Notes under the pieces: generated by a model
What the model was told of the DNA's origin: nothing
What the model saw: only the letters and a program-made list of their open reading frames with translations
Databases searched by the model: none
In this document: positions 10,355 to 30,916 of the stretch, in pieces
How positions within the stretch are numbered: position 1 is the stretch's first letter
Layout: the number at the start of each line of letters is the position of its first letter
NCBI GenBank assembly: GCA_963789725.1
Contig: CAWBLU010000003.1
Span: forward strand, 67,170-131,169
Source of the DNA: an uncultured Chloroflexia bacterium
GTDB taxonomy: Bacteria > Chloroflexota > Limnocylindria > Limnocylindrales > CSP1-4
Length of the DNA: 64,000 nucleotides
Direction of reading: 5' to 3'
Translations under genes and position numbers: made by a program

Positions 10355-10879
10355 ATGCCTACCGAGGCCAAGCGCGAGACCATCGCAGAACTGACCGAGG
10401 AAGCTCGGTCCAGCTCGGCCATGATCGTCTCCGAATATCGCGGCCTCAAGGTCTCCGAGCTCGGCGTGATTCGTCGTAACCTGCGCCAGCAGAACGTCAC
10501 GTACCACGTCGTGAAGAACCGGCTGATGAAGATCGCGGCGCGGGACGCCGGGGTTGAAACCCTCGGCATCCTGCTCGAAGGTCCCACCGCAGTCGCCTTC
10601 ATCAAGGGCGATGAGGGCGCCGCCACCAAGGCGGTCCTCGACGCGTTCCGGCCGTTCCGTGTGATCAAGGTCACCGGCGCGATCCTGGGCGGTCAGGTCA
10701 TGAACGCCGACGGCGTCGTGCGTCTCTCGCAGCTCCCCGGACGCGACGTCCTCCGGGCCCAGGTCGCCGGCGCGATCGCCGCGCCGATGGCCACCGTGGC
10801 CGGTCTGTTCGATGCCCCGTTGCGGGATATCGCCGGGCTGGTCCAGGCCCTCGCGGACAAGAGTTCCGCCGCCGCCTGA
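10355..10879 (+). CDS. rplJ: 50S ribosomal protein L10
   Basis: L10 family. The ATG at 10355 follows a GGGAGG Shine-Dalgarno sequence. Confidence 0.9.
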   Translation: MPTEAKRETIAELTEEARSSSAMIVSEYRGLKVSELGVIRRNLRQQNVTYHVVKNRLMKIAARDAGVETLGILLEGPTAVAFIKGDEGAATKAVLDAFRPFRVIKVTGAILGGQVMNADGVVRLSQLPGRDVLRAQVAGAIAAPMATVAGLFDAPLRDIAGLVQALADKSSAAA

Positions 10880-10979
10880 ATCCGACCCACTCCAGGGGTG
10901 GGCCGGGACCGGGGCGCCGTCACTCTGAGACTTATCAATCGAGCCATCGCGGCTCGACCATGAAGGAGTAATCGATCAA

Positions 10980-11372
10980 ATGGCAAAGCTGAGCCAGGAC
11001 CAGTTGCTGGACGCGTTCGCGTCGATGACCGTCGTCGAACTGTCCGACTTCAAGAAGGCGTTCGAGGAGAAGTTCGGCGTCACCGCCGCCGCCCCGGTCG
11101 CCATGATGGCCGCCGCCGGCGCGGCCGCCGCTCCCGCAGCGGCCGTCGAGGCCGAAGAGCAGACCGAGTTCACCGCGGTCCTGGCCGAGATCGGCCCCAA
11201 CAAGATCCCGGTCATCAAGGTCGTTCGCGAGCTCACCGGCCTGGGCCTCAAGGAGGCAAAGGACCTCGTCGACGGCGCGCCGAAGCCGGTCAAGGAAGGC
11301 GTGAACAAGGACGAAGCCAACAAGATCAAGGCCGCCCTTGAAGAGCAGGGCGCAAAGGTCGAGATCAAGTAG
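10980..11372 (+). CDS. rplL: 50S ribosomal protein L7/L12
   Basis: An Ala-rich hinge followed by a conserved C-terminal domain ([28 protein letters not shown]). Confidence 0.95.
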   Translation: MAKLSQDQLLDAFASMTVVELSDFKKAFEEKFGVTAAAPVAMMAAAGAAAAPAAAVEAEEQTEFTAVLAEIGPNKIPVIKVVRELTGLGLKEAKDLVDGAPKPVKEGVNKDEANKIKAALEEQGAKVEIK

Positions 11373-11467
11373 TCTCGTCTTTGGTAGAGTTGGGCGGCGC
11401 GAGTCGCCCCACTCGCCGTTTGCGCGGCAATCGGCCTCGCGTCTGGGGGTTCTCTTGACGCGCCCAT

Positions 11468-11495
11468 TTGACAACCGTGCGAAGCGCGGTATCCT
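11468..11495 (+). promoter_or_regulatory. Candidate promoter for rpoBC
   Basis: A perfect TTGACA -35 element (11468-11473), a 16-nt spacer and a TATCCT -10 element. A second TTGACG -35-like element lies 8 nt upstream. An AAGGAG ribosome-binding site sits at 11536-11541, before the rpoB ATG. Confidence 0.3.
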
Positions 11496-11547
11496 ACTCC
11501 TTCTGTGAGTGCGGCCCTTCCCTTTCTCCTCCGTCAAGGAGCGGTTC

Positions 11548-14991
<3,444 letters not shown>

Positions 14992-15095
14992 TCCAGCTAC
15001 GCACTTGACGCGGCGCCTGTGCCCGGCCAGCCAGGCGGCGCCGACCCACGGTCCGAACTACGCCACCGAGCCAGGCAGTGGCGTGGAGGAGAGGA

Positions 15096-19601
<4,506 letters not shown>

Positions 19602-19670
19602 ACCGTCGAGATGCCGTCGACAGCTCGAGAGAGTCGACGGTGGAGCATCCCTCAGGGCCTCCCGCCGGTT

Positions 19671-19699
19671 TGACACCCCAGGGGGCCGCTGATAAACTC
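19671..19699 (+). promoter_or_regulatory. Candidate promoter for the rpsL-rpsG-fusA-tuf-S10 transcript
   Basis: A perfect TTGACA -35 element (19671-19676), a 17-nt spacer and a TAAACT -10 element. It lies about 340 nt upstream of the rpsL GTG. Pattern-based only. Confidence 0.25.
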
Positions 19700-20036
19700 C
19701 GCGCTCGTGGCTTCCTCGAGGCCGCGATAGGCGTGCGCCATTCGCGACACTCGAGTAGCTCATCCGGAAGGCGGAGACCGAACACGAACCGGTTCGAAAC
19801 CGGGGCGTGCGAGGCCCGTCAGGCCATCGAAGCGATTTGCGCTTAGACCAGATCGCCTCCATGTCGCGACCGGTGCCGCAGGGCGGCCCATCGGACGCCG
19901 GAGGCCACCGCGGCGGCGCAGGCTCCCATCGATTGGACTAGCACCGGGGCCCAACCCGCGTGCGGGTCGGTAGTCGATATCGGACCAATAAGACCAAGCC
20001 ATCCAGTAGCCGAAAAGCGAAAGGAGCAGCGTCTCC

Positions 20037-20465
20037 GTGCCGACAATCAGCCAGCTCGTGCGGCATGGCCGCCAGCCGAAGATCAGCAAGATCAAGGCGC
20101 CGGCTATGCGCAAGAACTGGAACAGCCTTCGCCAGCGCCAGGTGTCCATTCCCGGTGCACCTCAGAAGCGCGGCGTCTGCCTGCAGGTGCGCACCATGAC
20201 GCCGAAGAAGCCGAACTCGGCCCTTCGAAAGATCGCTCGCGTTCGCCTCACGAACCAGATGGAAGTGACGGCCTACATTCCCGGGATCGGCCACAACCTC
20301 CAGGAGCACTCTGTTGTGCTGGTGCGCGGCGGTCGCGTGAAGGACCTCCCGTCGGTCAAGTACCACATCATCCGCGGCACCCTCGACGCCGCGGGAGTCA
20401 AGGACCGCAAGCAAGGCCGCTCCAAGTACGGCGCTAAGGCCCCTCAGCAGAAGGGCAAGAAGTAA
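20037..20465 (+). CDS. rpsL: 30S ribosomal protein S12
   Basis: [12 protein letters not shown]... with the conserved KKPNSALRK and [12 protein letters not shown] regions. GTG start after an AAAGGAG ribosome-binding site. It has a ~15-aa internal insertion and a short basic C-terminal extension. Confidence 0.95.
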   Translation: MPTISQLVRHGRQPKISKIKAPAMRKNWNSLRQRQVSIPGAPQKRGVCLQVRTMTPKKPNSALRKIARVRLTNQMEVTAYIPGIGHNLQEHSVVLVRGGRVKDLPSVKYHIIRGTLDAAGVKDRKQGRSKYGAKAPQQKGKK

Positions 20466-20468
20466 CCG

Positions 20469-20936
20469 ATGCCCCGTCGACACACGATTGCCCGAAAGAC
20501 CAAATACCAGGGCGCTCCGTCCACCCGCCTCGGCAGCCGTTTCGCGACAAAGCTGATGACAGACGGCAAGCGCCATCTATCCGAGCGGATCCTGCGAGAG
20601 GCTCTTGCCCGCGCCGAGGCCCAGGCCCGCCGGCCCGGCATCGAAGTCCTCGAGTCGGCCATGCGCAACGCGACGCCCATCATCGAGGTCAAGCCTCGCC
20701 GCGTCGGTGGCGCCACCTACCAGGTACCGGTCGAGATCCGAGGCGACCGCCGCATGTCGCTCGGCGTCCGCTGGCTCGTCCAGGCCGCCCGCAAGCGCAA
20801 CGGCAAGAGCATGTCGGAGAAGCTGGCCGCAGAGCTCGTCGATGCCATGAACGGCCTCGGCGCCGCGGTCAAGCGTCGTGAAGACACCCACAAGATGGCC
20901 GACGCCAACAAGGCGTTCAGCCACTTCAAGTGGTAA
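20469..20936 (+). CDS. rpsG: 30S ribosomal protein S7
   Basis: S7 family (MPRR..., ATPIIEVKPRRVGGATYQVPVE). Confidence 0.95.
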   Translation: MPRRHTIARKTKYQGAPSTRLGSRFATKLMTDGKRHLSERILREALARAEAQARRPGIEVLESAMRNATPIIEVKPRRVGGATYQVPVEIRGDRRMSLGVRWLVQAARKRNGKSMSEKLAAELVDAMNGLGAAVKRREDTHKMADANKAFSHFKW

Positions 20937-20965
20937 TGCGTCCCAACCAGGAGATATAGACCTTC

Positions 20966-23044
20966 GTGGCACGTCAAGTTCCGCTCGCCAAGACGCGGAA
21001 CATCGGAATCATCGCCCATATCGACGCCGGCAAGACGACCGTCACCGAACGGGTCCTCTTCTATACGAAGAAGATCTACAAGATCGGTGAGGTCCACGAA
21101 GGCGCCGCCACCATGGACTGGATGCCCCAGGAGCAGGAGCGCGGTATCACCATTACCGCGGCTGCTACGACCTGCGCGTGGAACGACCATCGAATCAACA
21201 TCATCGATACGCCCGGGCACGTGGACTTCACGGTTGAGGTCGAGCGAAGCCTCCGCGTGCTCGACGGTGCAGTGGTCGTTTTCGACGGTGTGGCCGGCGT
21301 AGAGCCCCAGTCCGAGACCGTGTGGCGCCAGGCGGACAAATACCGCGTGCCGCGCATCTGCTTCATCAACAAGCTCGACCGCACCGGCGCCGACTTCTGG
21401 CGCTGCGTTGGCATGATCCGCGACCGCCTCGGCGCCCGGCCCGTGCCGATCCAGCTGCCGATCGGGAACGAGGACAAATTCCGTGGCATCGTGGACCTGA
21501 TCTCCATGAAGGCGATCGTCTACAAGGCCGAGGATCTTGGGGCCGAGTCCGAGACGATCGAGATCCCCGCCGACCTTATCGAGGCGGCCACTGCCGAGCG
21601 CGAGAAGATGGTCGAGGTCGTCGCCGAGATGGACGACGAGCTGACTCACAAATACCTCGAAGGCCACACGCTCAGCAACGAGGACATCAAGCGTGGCCTG
21701 CGGCTCGGGACTCTCGAGTACCGCATCGTGCCCGTGCTGGCCGGCTCGGCTCTCAAGAACAAGGGCGTCCAGCCCGTCCTCGATGCCGTCGTGGATTACC
21801 TGCCCTCGCCGCTCGACCGTCCGCCCGTCATCGGCGAGCAGCCGGTCACGCACGAAGAGGTGGTTCGGACCGCCAACGACAGCGAGCCCTTCAGCGCCCT
21901 CGTCTTCAAGATCGCAGCGGACCCGTTCGTCGGCAAGCTTGGCTACTTCCGCGTCTACTCTGGCTCGCTCAAGGCCGGCTCCTACGTCCTGAATGCGACC
22001 AAGGGCAAGAAGGAGCGAATCGGCCGCATCCTTCAGATGCACGCCAATCACCGTGAAGAGATGGACATCGTCTACGCGGGTGACATCGCCGCCGCCGTCG
22101 GGCTCAAAGAGAGCTACACCGGCGACACGCTGAGCGACCCGGATCATCCGATCGTGCTCGAGAACATCGTCTTCCCGGAGCCGGTCATCGAGGTCGCCAT
22201 CGAGCCCAAGACGAAGGCCGACCAGGACAAGCTCGCCATCGCCCTCCAGCGCCTGGCCGAGGAGGACCCCACCTTCCGCGTCCACACCGACGAGGAGAGC
22301 GGCCAGACCCGTATCGCCGGCATGGGCGAGTTGCACCTGGACGTCCTCGTCGATCGGATGGTCCGCGAGTTCAAAGTGGCGGCCAACGTCGGCCGGCCTC
22401 GCGTCTCCTACCGGGAGACAATTCGCCGCTCCGCCGAGGGCAACTACAGGCACGTCAAGCAGACCGGTGGCAAGGGCCAGTACGGCCATGTCGTCATCAA
22501 GGTCGAGCCGAACGAGCCGGGCAAGGGTTACGAGTTCGTCGACAAGATCGTCGGCGGCATCATCCCGCGCGAATACATCAAGCCGATCGACATGGGTATC
22601 CGAGATGCCCTGGATACAGGCCCATACGCCGGGTACCCGATGGTCGACGTCAAGGTGACTCTCTTCGACGGCTCCTTCCACGAGGTCGACTCGAGCGAAA
22701 TGGCGTTCCGGATCGCCGCCTCGATGGCCCTCAAGGAAGCGGCCCACAAGGCTTCTCCGGTGATCCTCGAGCCGCTGATGAAGGTCGAGGTCACCTTGCC
22801 CGAGCAGTTCCTCGGTGACGTCATCGGCGATATCAACGCTCGCCGCGGCCACATCGAGGCAATGGAGTCGCGCGCCTCCACGCAGGTGGTTCGAGCGCGA
22901 GTCCCCCTGGCCGAGATGTTCGGCTACGCAACAGACCTGCGGTCGATGACCCAGGGCCGCGCCAGTTACTCGATGGAGTTGTCGCACTACGCAGAGGTCC
23001 CCGCCAGTCTGGCGGCCGAGCTCGTTCAAAAGTCCCGTGTCTGA
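20966..23044 (+). CDS. fusA: Elongation factor G
   Basis: GTPase domain ([26 protein letters not shown]) plus EF-G domains III-V. 692 aa. Confidence 0.95.
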   Translation: MARQVPLAKTRNIGIIAHIDAGKTTVTERVLFYTKKIYKIGEVHEGAATMDWMPQEQERGITITAAATTCAWNDHRINIIDTPGHVDFTVEVERSLRVLDGAVVVFDGVAGVEPQSETVWRQADKYRVPRICFINKLDRTGADFWRCVGMIRDRLGARPVPIQLPIGNEDKFRGIVDLISMKAIVYKAEDLGAESETIEIPADLIEAATAEREKMVEVVAEMDDELTHKYLEGHTLSNEDIKRGLRLGTLEYRIVPVLAGSALKNKGVQPVLDAVVDYLPSPLDRPPVIGEQPVTHEEVVRTANDSEPFSALVFKIAADPFVGKLGYFRVYSGSLKAGSYVLNATKGKKERIGRILQMHANHREEMDIVYAGDIAAAVGLKESYTGDTLSDPDHPIVLENIVFPEPVIEVAIEPKTKADQDKLAIALQRLAEEDPTFRVHTDEESGQTRIAGMGELHLDVLVDRMVREFKVAANVGRPRVSYRETIRRSAEGNYRHVKQTGGKGQYGHVVIKVEPNEPGKGYEFVDKIVGGIIPREYIKPIDMGIRDALDTGPYAGYPMVDVKVTLFDGSFHEVDSSEMAFRIAASMALKEAAHKASPVILEPLMKVEVTLPEQFLGDVIGDINARRGHIEAMESRASTQVVRARVPLAEMFGYATDLRSMTQGRASYSMELSHYAEVPASLAAELVQKSRV

Positions 23045-23080
23045 TCAGTCCACCCAGCCCGCAGCAGGAGCGAGGGAGTA

Positions 23081-24286
<1,206 letters not shown>

Positions 24287-24295
24287 GAGTCTGTG

Positions 24296-24604
24296 ATGGC
24301 AAGGCAGCGGATTAGGATCCGCCTCAAGGCTTACGACCACCGACTGCTAGACCAGTCGGCGGCGCAGATCGTGGAGACGGCCCAACGGACCGGCGCAGAC
24401 GTCGTCGGTCCCGTTCCGCTACCGACGCGGATCGAGAAGTTCACCGTCATCCGATCGCCGTTCATCGACAAGGACAGCCGGGAGCAGTTCGAGATCCGCA
24501 CTCACAAGCGGCTCGTCGACATCCTGGAGCCCTCCTCGAAGACGGTCGACGCGCTGATGCGACTCTCGCTCGCTGCGGGCGTCGACATCGAAATCAAGAT
24601 GTGA
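24296..24604 (+). CDS. rpsJ: 30S ribosomal protein S10
   Basis: [15 protein letters not shown]... S10 family. The ORF-track start at 24293 is a GTG one codon upstream. Confidence 0.9.
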   Translation: MARQRIRIRLKAYDHRLLDQSAAQIVETAQRTGADVVGPVPLPTRIEKFTVIRSPFIDKDSREQFEIRTHKRLVDILEPSSKTVDALMRLSLAAGVDIEIKM

Positions 24605-25224
24605 CGCCAATGACTATCGGATTGATCGGCCGCAAGGTCGGCATGACCCAGATCTTCCAGGCCGATGGAACGATGATCCCCGTGAGCGTCGTGGCCGTCG
24701 AGCCGAATACCGTCACCCGCCTGCGGACTCCCGAGCGCGACGGCTACATGGCCGTCCAGCTGGGGATCGAGGAGTCGGGCAAGCTCACCAAGCCGGAGAT
24801 CGGCCAGCTCAAGGATCTGCCCAAGCTCGCGGTCATTCGCGAGTTCAGACTCGAGGGCGCCGAGGACACGGCCTATACCGTCGGCCAGAAGCTCGACGTC
24901 AGCCTCTTCGCCGCCGGCGACATCGTCAACGTCACGGGCGTGAGCAAAGGCAAGGGCTTCTCCGGGCACATCAAGCGCCACCACTTCAAGCGCGGACCCA
25001 AGACCCACGGTTCCGACCACCACCGCGCCCCCGGCAGCATTGGCCCCGGCACTACGCCGGGTCGTGTCTATAAGGGAATGCGCATGGCCGGGCATATGGG
25101 CGACGCCCGCGCGACCGTCAAGAAGCTGCGGGTCGTCCGCGCGGACGCCGAGCGCAACCTTCTGCTCGTCAAGGGCTCCGTCCCCGGATCTCTCAACGGG
25201 CTGATCCTTGTGAAGAAGGCCTAG
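24601..25224 (+). CDS. rplC: 50S ribosomal protein L3
   Basis: [14 protein letters not shown]... L3 family. The start is either the GTG at 24601 overlapping the rpsJ stop, or the ATG at 24610. Confidence 0.9.
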   Translation: MTPMTIGLIGRKVGMTQIFQADGTMIPVSVVAVEPNTVTRLRTPERDGYMAVQLGIEESGKLTKPEIGQLKDLPKLAVIREFRLEGAEDTAYTVGQKLDVSLFAAGDIVNVTGVSKGKGFSGHIKRHHFKRGPKTHGSDHHRAPGSIGPGTTPGRVYKGMRMAGHMGDARATVKKLRVVRADAERNLLLVKGSVPGSLNGLILVKKA

Positions 25225-25226
25225 CG

Positions 25227-25853
25227 ATGCCGAAGACGACCCTCTACTCGAGTACGGGCGAGGACATCGGCGAGGTGGAGCTCCCGGAGGAGCTCTTCGC
25301 CGCGCCGATCAACGCCGCCGTCCTCCACCAGGTGGTGATCGCCCAGCTGGCCGGCCGCCATCTGGGTACCCACGACACCAAGAGGCGCGGCGAAGTCGCC
25401 GGCGGTGGCAGGAAGCCATATCGGCAGAAGGGAACCGGCCGCGCCCGCCAGGGCTCGACGCGGTCACCGCAGTTCCGCGGCGGCGGCGTGGTCTTCGGAC
25501 CGCATCCCCGCTCGTACGCGCAGCGCCTGCCCCGCCAGATGAGGCGGCTCGCGCTCGTCGGAGCCCTCACGGCCAAGCTCGACGACGGCGCCATCCGCAT
25601 CGTCGACGCGTTTGGGCTGGAGGGTCCCAAGACCCGGGACCTCGTCGGCGTCATCGACGCCCTCGGCGGGTCCGAGGGTCGTGTGCTGATAGTGGCTCCC
25701 GGCACCGACGATACCCTCATCCTCTCGGCCCGCAACCTGCCGGGCGTCGAAGTCATCCGAGCCGACTCGCTCAACGTGGTCGCCGTTCTCAACGCCGACA
25801 CGGTCCTGATCGAGCAGCCGGCGCTTAGCAAGATGGAAGAGGTGTACGCGTGA
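25227..25853 (+). CDS. rplD: 50S ribosomal protein L4
   Basis: L4 family (KGTGRARQGS). Confidence 0.9.
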   Translation: MPKTTLYSSTGEDIGEVELPEELFAAPINAAVLHQVVIAQLAGRHLGTHDTKRRGEVAGGGRKPYRQKGTGRARQGSTRSPQFRGGGVVFGPHPRSYAQRLPRQMRRLALVGALTAKLDDGAIRIVDAFGLEGPKTRDLVGVIDALGGSEGRVLIVAPGTDDTLILSARNLPGVEVIRADSLNVVAVLNADTVLIEQPALSKMEEVYA

Positions 25854-26152
25854 GCCTCTCCGCCCACGAAATCATCCTCCGGCCCGTCATCAGCGAGAAG
25901 TCGATGGACGAGTCGCAGCGCGGCAAGTACACGTTCGCCGTCCGCGACGACGTCAGCAAGATCCAGATCGAGGCCGCCATCGAGGAGATCTTCAAAGTGA
26001 AGGTCGCCGCGGTGAACGTGCTGACCACCAAGTCAAAGGAAAAGCGAGGCGGGACGCGCCGCAGCCGGGTCGCCGGCCGGACAACCCCGTGGCGCAAGGC
26101 GATCGTGACTCTGGCGCCCGGCCAGAAGATCGAGTTCTTCGAGGCCGTCTGA
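25850..26152 (+). CDS. rplW: 50S ribosomal protein L23
   Basis: L23 family. The GTG start overlaps the rplD stop. Confidence 0.9.
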   Translation: MSLSAHEIILRPVISEKSMDESQRGKYTFAVRDDVSKIQIEAAIEEIFKVKVAAVNVLTTKSKEKRGGTRRSRVAGRTTPWRKAIVTLAPGQKIEFFEAV

Positions 26153-26153
26153 G

Positions 26154-26987
26154 ATGCCGCTGCGTAGCTACAAACCAACCTCGGCTGGCCGCCGGTTCAT
26201 GACCCGCTCGACATTCGAGGAGATCACCACCAAGGAACCCTACAAGCCGCTACTGGAGCCCCAGAAGCGCGGTTCCGGCCGCAACAACCAGGGCCGGATC
26301 GCCGTTCGCCATCGCGGCGGCGGCGAGAAGCGGCACTACCGCATCATCGACTTCAAGCGGGACAAGTTCGGCGTGCCGGCCAAGCTGGCTACGATCGAGT
26401 ACGACCCGAACAGGTCGGCGCGGATCGGCCTGCTCCACTACGCCGACGGCGAGAAGCGCTACATGCTGCTGCCGCACGGCCTCAAGGTTGGTGACGTCGT
26501 CGTTGCCGGCGTCGAGGTCGAGGCGCGGGTCGGGAACGCCCTGCCGCTCTCGAACATCCCGCTCGGCACCACGATCCACAACATCGAGCTCGTCCCGGGC
26601 AAGGGTGGCCAGATCGTCCGCTCCGCGGGCGCCGCGGCCCAGCTGCTCGCCAAAGAGGGCGACTTTGCCGCCGTCCGGCTTCCGTCGGGCGAGGTCAGGC
26701 GGTGCGATCTGCGCTGCATGGCGACCATCGGCCAGGTCTCGAATCTCGACCACGAGAACCAGAGCCTCGGCAAGGCGGGACGTGCGCGGCACATGGGCCA
26801 GCGGCCCGAAGTTCGCGGCGTCGTCATGAACCCGAGGGACCATCCGCACGGCGGTGGCGAAGGCAAGTCGCCCACCGGCATGCCGCCCAAGACGCCGTGG
26901 GGCAAGCCAGCCATGGGCTATCGCACCCGGTTGGGCAAGAAGTCGTCGAGCAGACTCATCATCCGCTCGCGACACGGCAAGCAGTAA
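26154..26987 (+). CDS. rplB: 50S ribosomal protein L2
   Basis: L2 family ([34 protein letters not shown]). Confidence 0.95.
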   Translation: MPLRSYKPTSAGRRFMTRSTFEEITTKEPYKPLLEPQKRGSGRNNQGRIAVRHRGGGEKRHYRIIDFKRDKFGVPAKLATIEYDPNRSARIGLLHYADGEKRYMLLPHGLKVGDVVVAGVEVEARVGNALPLSNIPLGTTIHNIELVPGKGGQIVRSAGAAAQLLAKEGDFAAVRLPSGEVRRCDLRCMATIGQVSNLDHENQSLGKAGRARHMGQRPEVRGVVMNPRDHPHGGGEGKSPTGMPPKTPWGKPAMGYRTRLGKKSSSRLIIRSRHGKQ

Positions 26988-27005
26988 GGCAGAGGAGAGA
27001 GAGGC

Positions 27006-27290
27006 ATGTCGCGTTCGGTCAAGAAGGGACCGTTCGTCGAGTCGCGGCTCCTCGGCCGCGTCCAGACGATGAACAAGCGCAACGAGAAGAAGGTCGTCAA
27101 GACCTGGTCTCGGGCGTCGGTCATATTCCCCGACTTCATCGGTCACACCGTCGCCGTCTACAACGGCAAGAAGCACATCCCGGTCTACGTGACCGAGAAC
27201 ATGGTCGGCCACCGTCTCGGCGAGTTCTCACCGACCCGCACTTTCCGCGGGCACGGGAAGCACACCGAACGCTCGTCCGCACTCAAATAG
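27006..27290 (+). CDS. rpsS: 30S ribosomal protein S19
   Basis: S19 family ([19 protein letters not shown]). Confidence 0.95.
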   Translation: MSRSVKKGPFVESRLLGRVQTMNKRNEKKVVKTWSRASVIFPDFIGHTVAVYNGKKHIPVYVTENMVGHRLGEFSPTRTFRGHGKHTERSSALK

Positions 27291-27300
27291 GAGCTAGGAC

Positions 27301-27642
27301 GTGCGAGTTTCAGCAACAGCCAAGTACCTGATGGGCTCCTCGCGAAAGGCCCGCCTCGTCACGAATGCCATCAAGGGCAAGCGGGTCGAGGAAGCGTCCG
27401 CGCTCCTGCGGTTCATGCCGCAGGCGGCCGCGCGCGACGTCGCTCGCGTCCTCAAGAGCGCAACGGCGAACGCTGAGAACAACCACAACCTGTCCGCCGA
27501 GGACCTGGTCGTGGCCGACGCTCAGGCCAATATGGGCCCGGGCGTCCACAAGCGCTGGCAGCCGCGGGCCCAGGGTCGGGCGTTCCCGATCCACAAGCCC
27601 ATGACCCACATCACCATCGTCGTCGAAGACCGGGAGGCCTAG
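27301..27642 (+). CDS. rplV: 50S ribosomal protein L22
   Basis: L22 family. GTG start. Confidence 0.9.
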   Translation: MRVSATAKYLMGSSRKARLVTNAIKGKRVEEASALLRFMPQAAARDVARVLKSATANAENNHNLSAEDLVVADAQANMGPGVHKRWQPRAQGRAFPIHKPMTHITIVVEDREA

Positions 27643-28320
27643 ATGGGTCACAAGGTTCACCCGTACGGCTTCCGGCTGGGTGTCTCGCGCACCTGGACGG
27701 CGAAGTGGTACGCGGACAAGGACTACACGGATCTGCTCAAGGAAGACATTTCGATCCGAACGCTCGTCATCCGCCGGCTTGCCAGCGCGAGCGTCAGCGG
27801 GGTCGAGATCGAGCGTGGCATCAACCATGTGACGGTCACGATCCACACCGCCAAGCCGGGCATCGTCATTGGCAAGGGCGGGGCCAACGTCGAGCTGCTT
27901 CGACAGCAGGTCGGCGCGCTGACCAACCGCAAGGTCAAGCTCGAGGTCAAGGAGATCCGCCAGCCCGAGCTGGACGCGGCTCTCGTGGCCGCCAACATCA
28001 GCCAGCAGCTGGCCCGCCGCATCGCCTTCAAGAAGGCCATGAAGCAGTCCATCCAGCGGACGATGAAGGCCGGCGCCAAGGGCGTGAAGATCGCCGTCGC
28101 GGGCCGTCTCGGAGGCTCCGAGATGGCGCGGCGCGAGTGGGACAAGGAAGGCCGAATCCCGCTCGGAACGCTCCGTGCGGACATCAGCTACGCCCAGGTC
28201 CACGCCCTTACGACCTACGGACGGATCGGCGTGAAGGTCTGGATCTACCGTGGTGAAGTCGCGGCCGAGAAGCCTCGCCAGCCCATTGCCGCCGCCCCCG
28301 TCGTCGGCGGAGGGGTGTAG
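27643..28320 (+). CDS. rpsC: 30S ribosomal protein S3
   Basis: S3 family ([15 protein letters not shown] domain). Confidence 0.95.
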   Translation: MGHKVHPYGFRLGVSRTWTAKWYADKDYTDLLKEDISIRTLVIRRLASASVSGVEIERGINHVTVTIHTAKPGIVIGKGGANVELLRQQVGALTNRKVKLEVKEIRQPELDAALVAANISQQLARRIAFKKAMKQSIQRTMKAGAKGVKIAVAGRLGGSEMARREWDKEGRIPLGTLRADISYAQVHALTTYGRIGVKVWIYRGEVAAEKPRQPIAAAPVVGGGV

Positions 28321-28322
28321 CC

Positions 28323-28748
28323 ATGCTGATGCCCCGACGCGTCAAGCACCGCAAGGTCCAGCGAGGCCGTATGTCCGGCATCGCCAAGGGCGGCACCACC
28401 GTGGCTTTCGGCGAATTCGGCCTTGCCACCCTCGAGCCGGCCTGGATCACCAGCCGCCAGATCGAGGCGGCTCGACGCGCCATGACCCGCTCGGTCAAGC
28501 GCGGCGGCAAGATCTGGATCCGCATCTTCCCCGACAAGCCGGCGACCAAGAAGCCGGCCGAAACGCGAATGGGATCCGGCAAGGGCGCCCCCGACCACTG
28601 GGTGGCCGTGGTCAAGCCCGGGCGCATCCTCTTCGAAATGGCCGGCGTTGACCAGGTCGAGGCCATCGAGGCCATGCGCCTCGCCAGCCACAAGCTTCCG
28701 GTCGCTACCAGGGTCATCGTGAAGGAAGGCCTGGCAGATGGACATTGA
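28323..28748 (+). CDS. rplP: 50S ribosomal protein L16
   Basis: L16 family ([11 protein letters not shown]). Confidence 0.95.
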   Translation: MLMPRRVKHRKVQRGRMSGIAKGGTTVAFGEFGLATLEPAWITSRQIEAARRAMTRSVKRGGKIWIRIFPDKPATKKPAETRMGSGKGAPDHWVAVVKPGRILFEMAGVDQVEAIEAMRLASHKLPVATRVIVKEGLADGH

Positions 28749-28980
28749 TAAGGTTCGAGCCTTGTCCGATGGGGAGCTCGACGAGCAGCTGAAAGAGGCC
28801 AAGCAGGATCTCTGGCAGGCCCGCTTCCAGCTGAACACGCGGCAGCTCAAGGACTACAGCACGATCCCCCAGACCAGACGAACAATCGCGCGGATCCTCA
28901 CCGTCCAGCAGGAGCGCCGTACCGAGCGCTCTCGAACGGGCGGCGAGCTCGTCGGCCGAGCCGAGGAGATCACGCGATGA
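28738..28980 (+). CDS. rpmC: 50S ribosomal protein L29 (with a ~15 aa C-terminal extension)
   Basis: L29 family ([24 protein letters not shown]). It overlaps the rplP 3' end by 11 nt. Confidence 0.85.
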   Translation: MDIDKVRALSDGELDEQLKEAKQDLWQARFQLNTRQLKDYSTIPQTRRTIARILTVQQERRTERSRTGGELVGRAEEITR

Positions 28981-29366
28981 CAGGAGCGGCAGTGCAGGGC
29001 AAGCGGAAGACCAAGGTCGGTCGCGTTGTCAGCGACAAGATGGACAAGACGATCGTCGTGTCCGTCGAGCGCATGACGCGGCATCCGCTGTACAAGCGGG
29101 TCATCCGGCAGACCAGCAAATTCAAGGCTCACGACGAAGACAACGAGGCTCGCGTCGGCGACGCCGTCCTGATCGAGGAATCGCGACCGCTCTCGGCCAC
29201 CAAGCGATGGCGGCTGGTGAGCATCGTTTCCCGGGCAGGCGAAGGCGCCACGACCGTCCCGATCGTCGAGGACGAGCAGACAGACGCGGCGATCCACGGT
29301 GCGGCCCACCCGGGCAAGCACGTGGCTCAGGCAGAGGCCGTGGTTGAGCCGGAGTCCGCCCAATGA
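28977..29366 (+). CDS. rpsQ: 30S ribosomal protein S17 (with a ~45 aa C-terminal extension)
   Basis: S17 core ([18 protein letters not shown]...HPLYKRV). An extra C-terminal tail, ...[27 protein letters not shown]..., precedes the overlap with rplN. Confidence 0.85.
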   Translation: MTGAAVQGKRKTKVGRVVSDKMDKTIVVSVERMTRHPLYKRVIRQTSKFKAHDEDNEARVGDAVLIEESRPLSATKRWRLVSIVSRAGEGATTVPIVEDEQTDAAIHGAAHPGKHVAQAEAVVEPESAQ

Positions 29367-29731
29367 TTCAGCAGTACACCCGTCTCAGGGTCGCCGACAA
29401 CACCGGCGCCCGGACGATCCAGTGCATTCGGATCATGGGCCGCTCGCGGAAGACGACCGCCGGCGTCGGCGACGTGATCATCGCCAGCGTCAAGCAGGCG
29501 ATCCCGAACGCGCCCGTGAAGAAGGGCGACGTCGTGCGTGCAGTGGTCGTCCGGACCGCCAAGGAATACGGCCGGCCGGACGGCAGCTACATCCGCTTCG
29601 ACGAGAACGCGGCCGTCCTGATCAACAACCAGGGCAACCCGCGTGGAACGCGCATCTTCGGCCCCGTCGCCCGTGAGCTGCGCGACCGCAACTACATGAA
29701 GATCGTTTCGCTCGCGCCGGAGGTGCTGTGA
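29363..29731 (+). CDS. rplN: 50S ribosomal protein L14
   Basis: [17 protein letters not shown]... L14 family. Confidence 0.95.
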   Translation: MIQQYTRLRVADNTGARTIQCIRIMGRSRKTTAGVGDVIIASVKQAIPNAPVKKGDVVRAVVVRTAKEYGRPDGSYIRFDENAAVLINNQGNPRGTRIFGPVARELRDRNYMKIVSLAPEVL

Positions 29732-30165
29732 TGGCACAGCAGCCAGGGACCGCCTCCAACAAGGTCCCGGAGATCAGGACCGGCGACACCGTCGTCGTGC
29801 TTCACGGCAAGGACGCCGGCAAGCGCGGCAAGGTCGATCGTGTCCTGCGCAATCCCGCGGCCAAAGAGAAGACCAAGGCAGGCTGGCGAACGGTCTCCAG
29901 CCGGCCCCTCTCGGTCGTGATCTCGGGCGTGAACATCGCCAAGCGCCACACCAAGCCGCGCCGGTCGATGTCGCAGAACGAACGCGCCCCGCAGGTCCAG
30001 CAGGGCGGCATCGTCGACAAGCCGATGCCGATCGACGCCAGCAACGTGATGCTCGTCTGCCCGCGCTGCGACCGCGTCACTCGAGTCAAGCACGAGCGCC
30101 TCGGCAGCGGCCAGAGCGTTCGAGTGTGCGGCCATTGCCGCGAGCAGCTGGAGCCAGAGGCATGA
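29728..30165 (+). CDS. rplX: 50S ribosomal protein L24 with a C-terminal C4 zinc ribbon
   Basis: KOW domain ([18 protein letters not shown]), then [10 protein letters not shown]...VCGHC. The Thermus-type L24 has the same CxxC...CxxC ribbon. Confidence 0.9.
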   Translation: MMAQQPGTASNKVPEIRTGDTVVVLHGKDAGKRGKVDRVLRNPAAKEKTKAGWRTVSSRPLSVVISGVNIAKRHTKPRRSMSQNERAPQVQQGGIVDKPMPIDASNVMLVCPRCDRVTRVKHERLGSGQSVRVCGHCREQLEPEA

Positions 30166-30704
30166 GCGGCAGCCTCCAACAGCGATACAAGGACGAGGCC
30201 GTGCCGGCCCTGCAGAAGCAGTTCGGCTATGGCAACGCGATGGACATTCCGCGGCTTTCCAAGATCGTGGTCAACATCGGTCTCGGAGAGGCGCTTACCA
30301 ACCCCAAGGCCGTGGACGCCGCCGTCGGCGACCTCGCCGCGATCACCGGTCAGCACCCGGTGACCACCAAGGCCAAGCGTTCGATCGCGCAGTTCCGGCT
30401 GCGCACCGGCAACACAATCGGCGCTCGCGTAACCCTCCGGGGCGATCGCATGTGGGACTTCCTCGAGCGGCTGACGCGGCTCGCGCTGCCCCGTATCCGC
30501 GACTTCCACGGAGTCCCGGCGAAGTCCTTCGACGGGCGCGGCAACTACTCATTGGGGCTCCGGGAGCAACTCGCGTTCCCGGAGATCGACTACGACAAGG
30601 TGGACCGTCTCCGCGGGCTGGAAATCAGCATCGTGACGACGGCGAAGACCGACGAGGAATCGAAGCGCTTGCTCGAACTCCTCGGCATGCCCTTCGCCGT
30701 CTAG
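30162..30704 (+). CDS. rplE: 50S ribosomal protein L5
   Basis: L5 family. The ATG at 30162 overlaps the rplX stop. The ORF-track start at 30126 is an artefact. Confidence 0.9.
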   Translation: MSGSLQQRYKDEAVPALQKQFGYGNAMDIPRLSKIVVNIGLGEALTNPKAVDAAVGDLAAITGQHPVTTKAKRSIAQFRLRTGNTIGARVTLRGDRMWDFLERLTRLALPRIRDFHGVPAKSFDGRGNYSLGLREQLAFPEIDYDKVDRLRGLEISIVTTAKTDEESKRLLELLGMPFAV

Positions 30705-30723
30705 GCGCAGGGAGGGAGAAGCC

Positions 30724-30909
30724 ATGGCCAAGAAGTCGATGATCGCCAAGGCGAAGCGACCGCAGCGGTTCAAGGTTCAGGCCTACCATCGCTGCTTCGT
30801 CTGCGGCCGTCCCCGCGGCTTTATGCGGCGCTTTGGGTTGTGCCGCATTTGCTTCCGCGAGCGGGCGCTGCTGGGCGAGCTGCCCGGCGTCACCAAGTCG
30901 AGCTGGTAG
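30724..30909 (+). CDS. rpsN: 30S ribosomal protein S14, type Z (zinc-binding)
   Basis: A 61-aa protein with CFVCGRP...CRICFRE, i.e. a CxxC...CxxC zinc site. Confidence 0.9.
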   Translation: MAKKSMIAKAKRPQRFKVQAYHRCFVCGRPRGFMRRFGLCRICFRERALLGELPGVTKSSW

Positions 30910-30916
30910 GTAACCG

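Noticed and set aside
19640-19846. 68-aa + ORF in the rpoC-rpsL spacer as a possible L7Ae/ybxF homologue
   Set aside because: The sequence (MEHPSGPPAGLTPQG...) shows no L7Ae features. The region is treated as non-coding leader.
20717-23029. 770-aa minus-strand ORF
   Set aside because: Antisense to fusA. No motifs.
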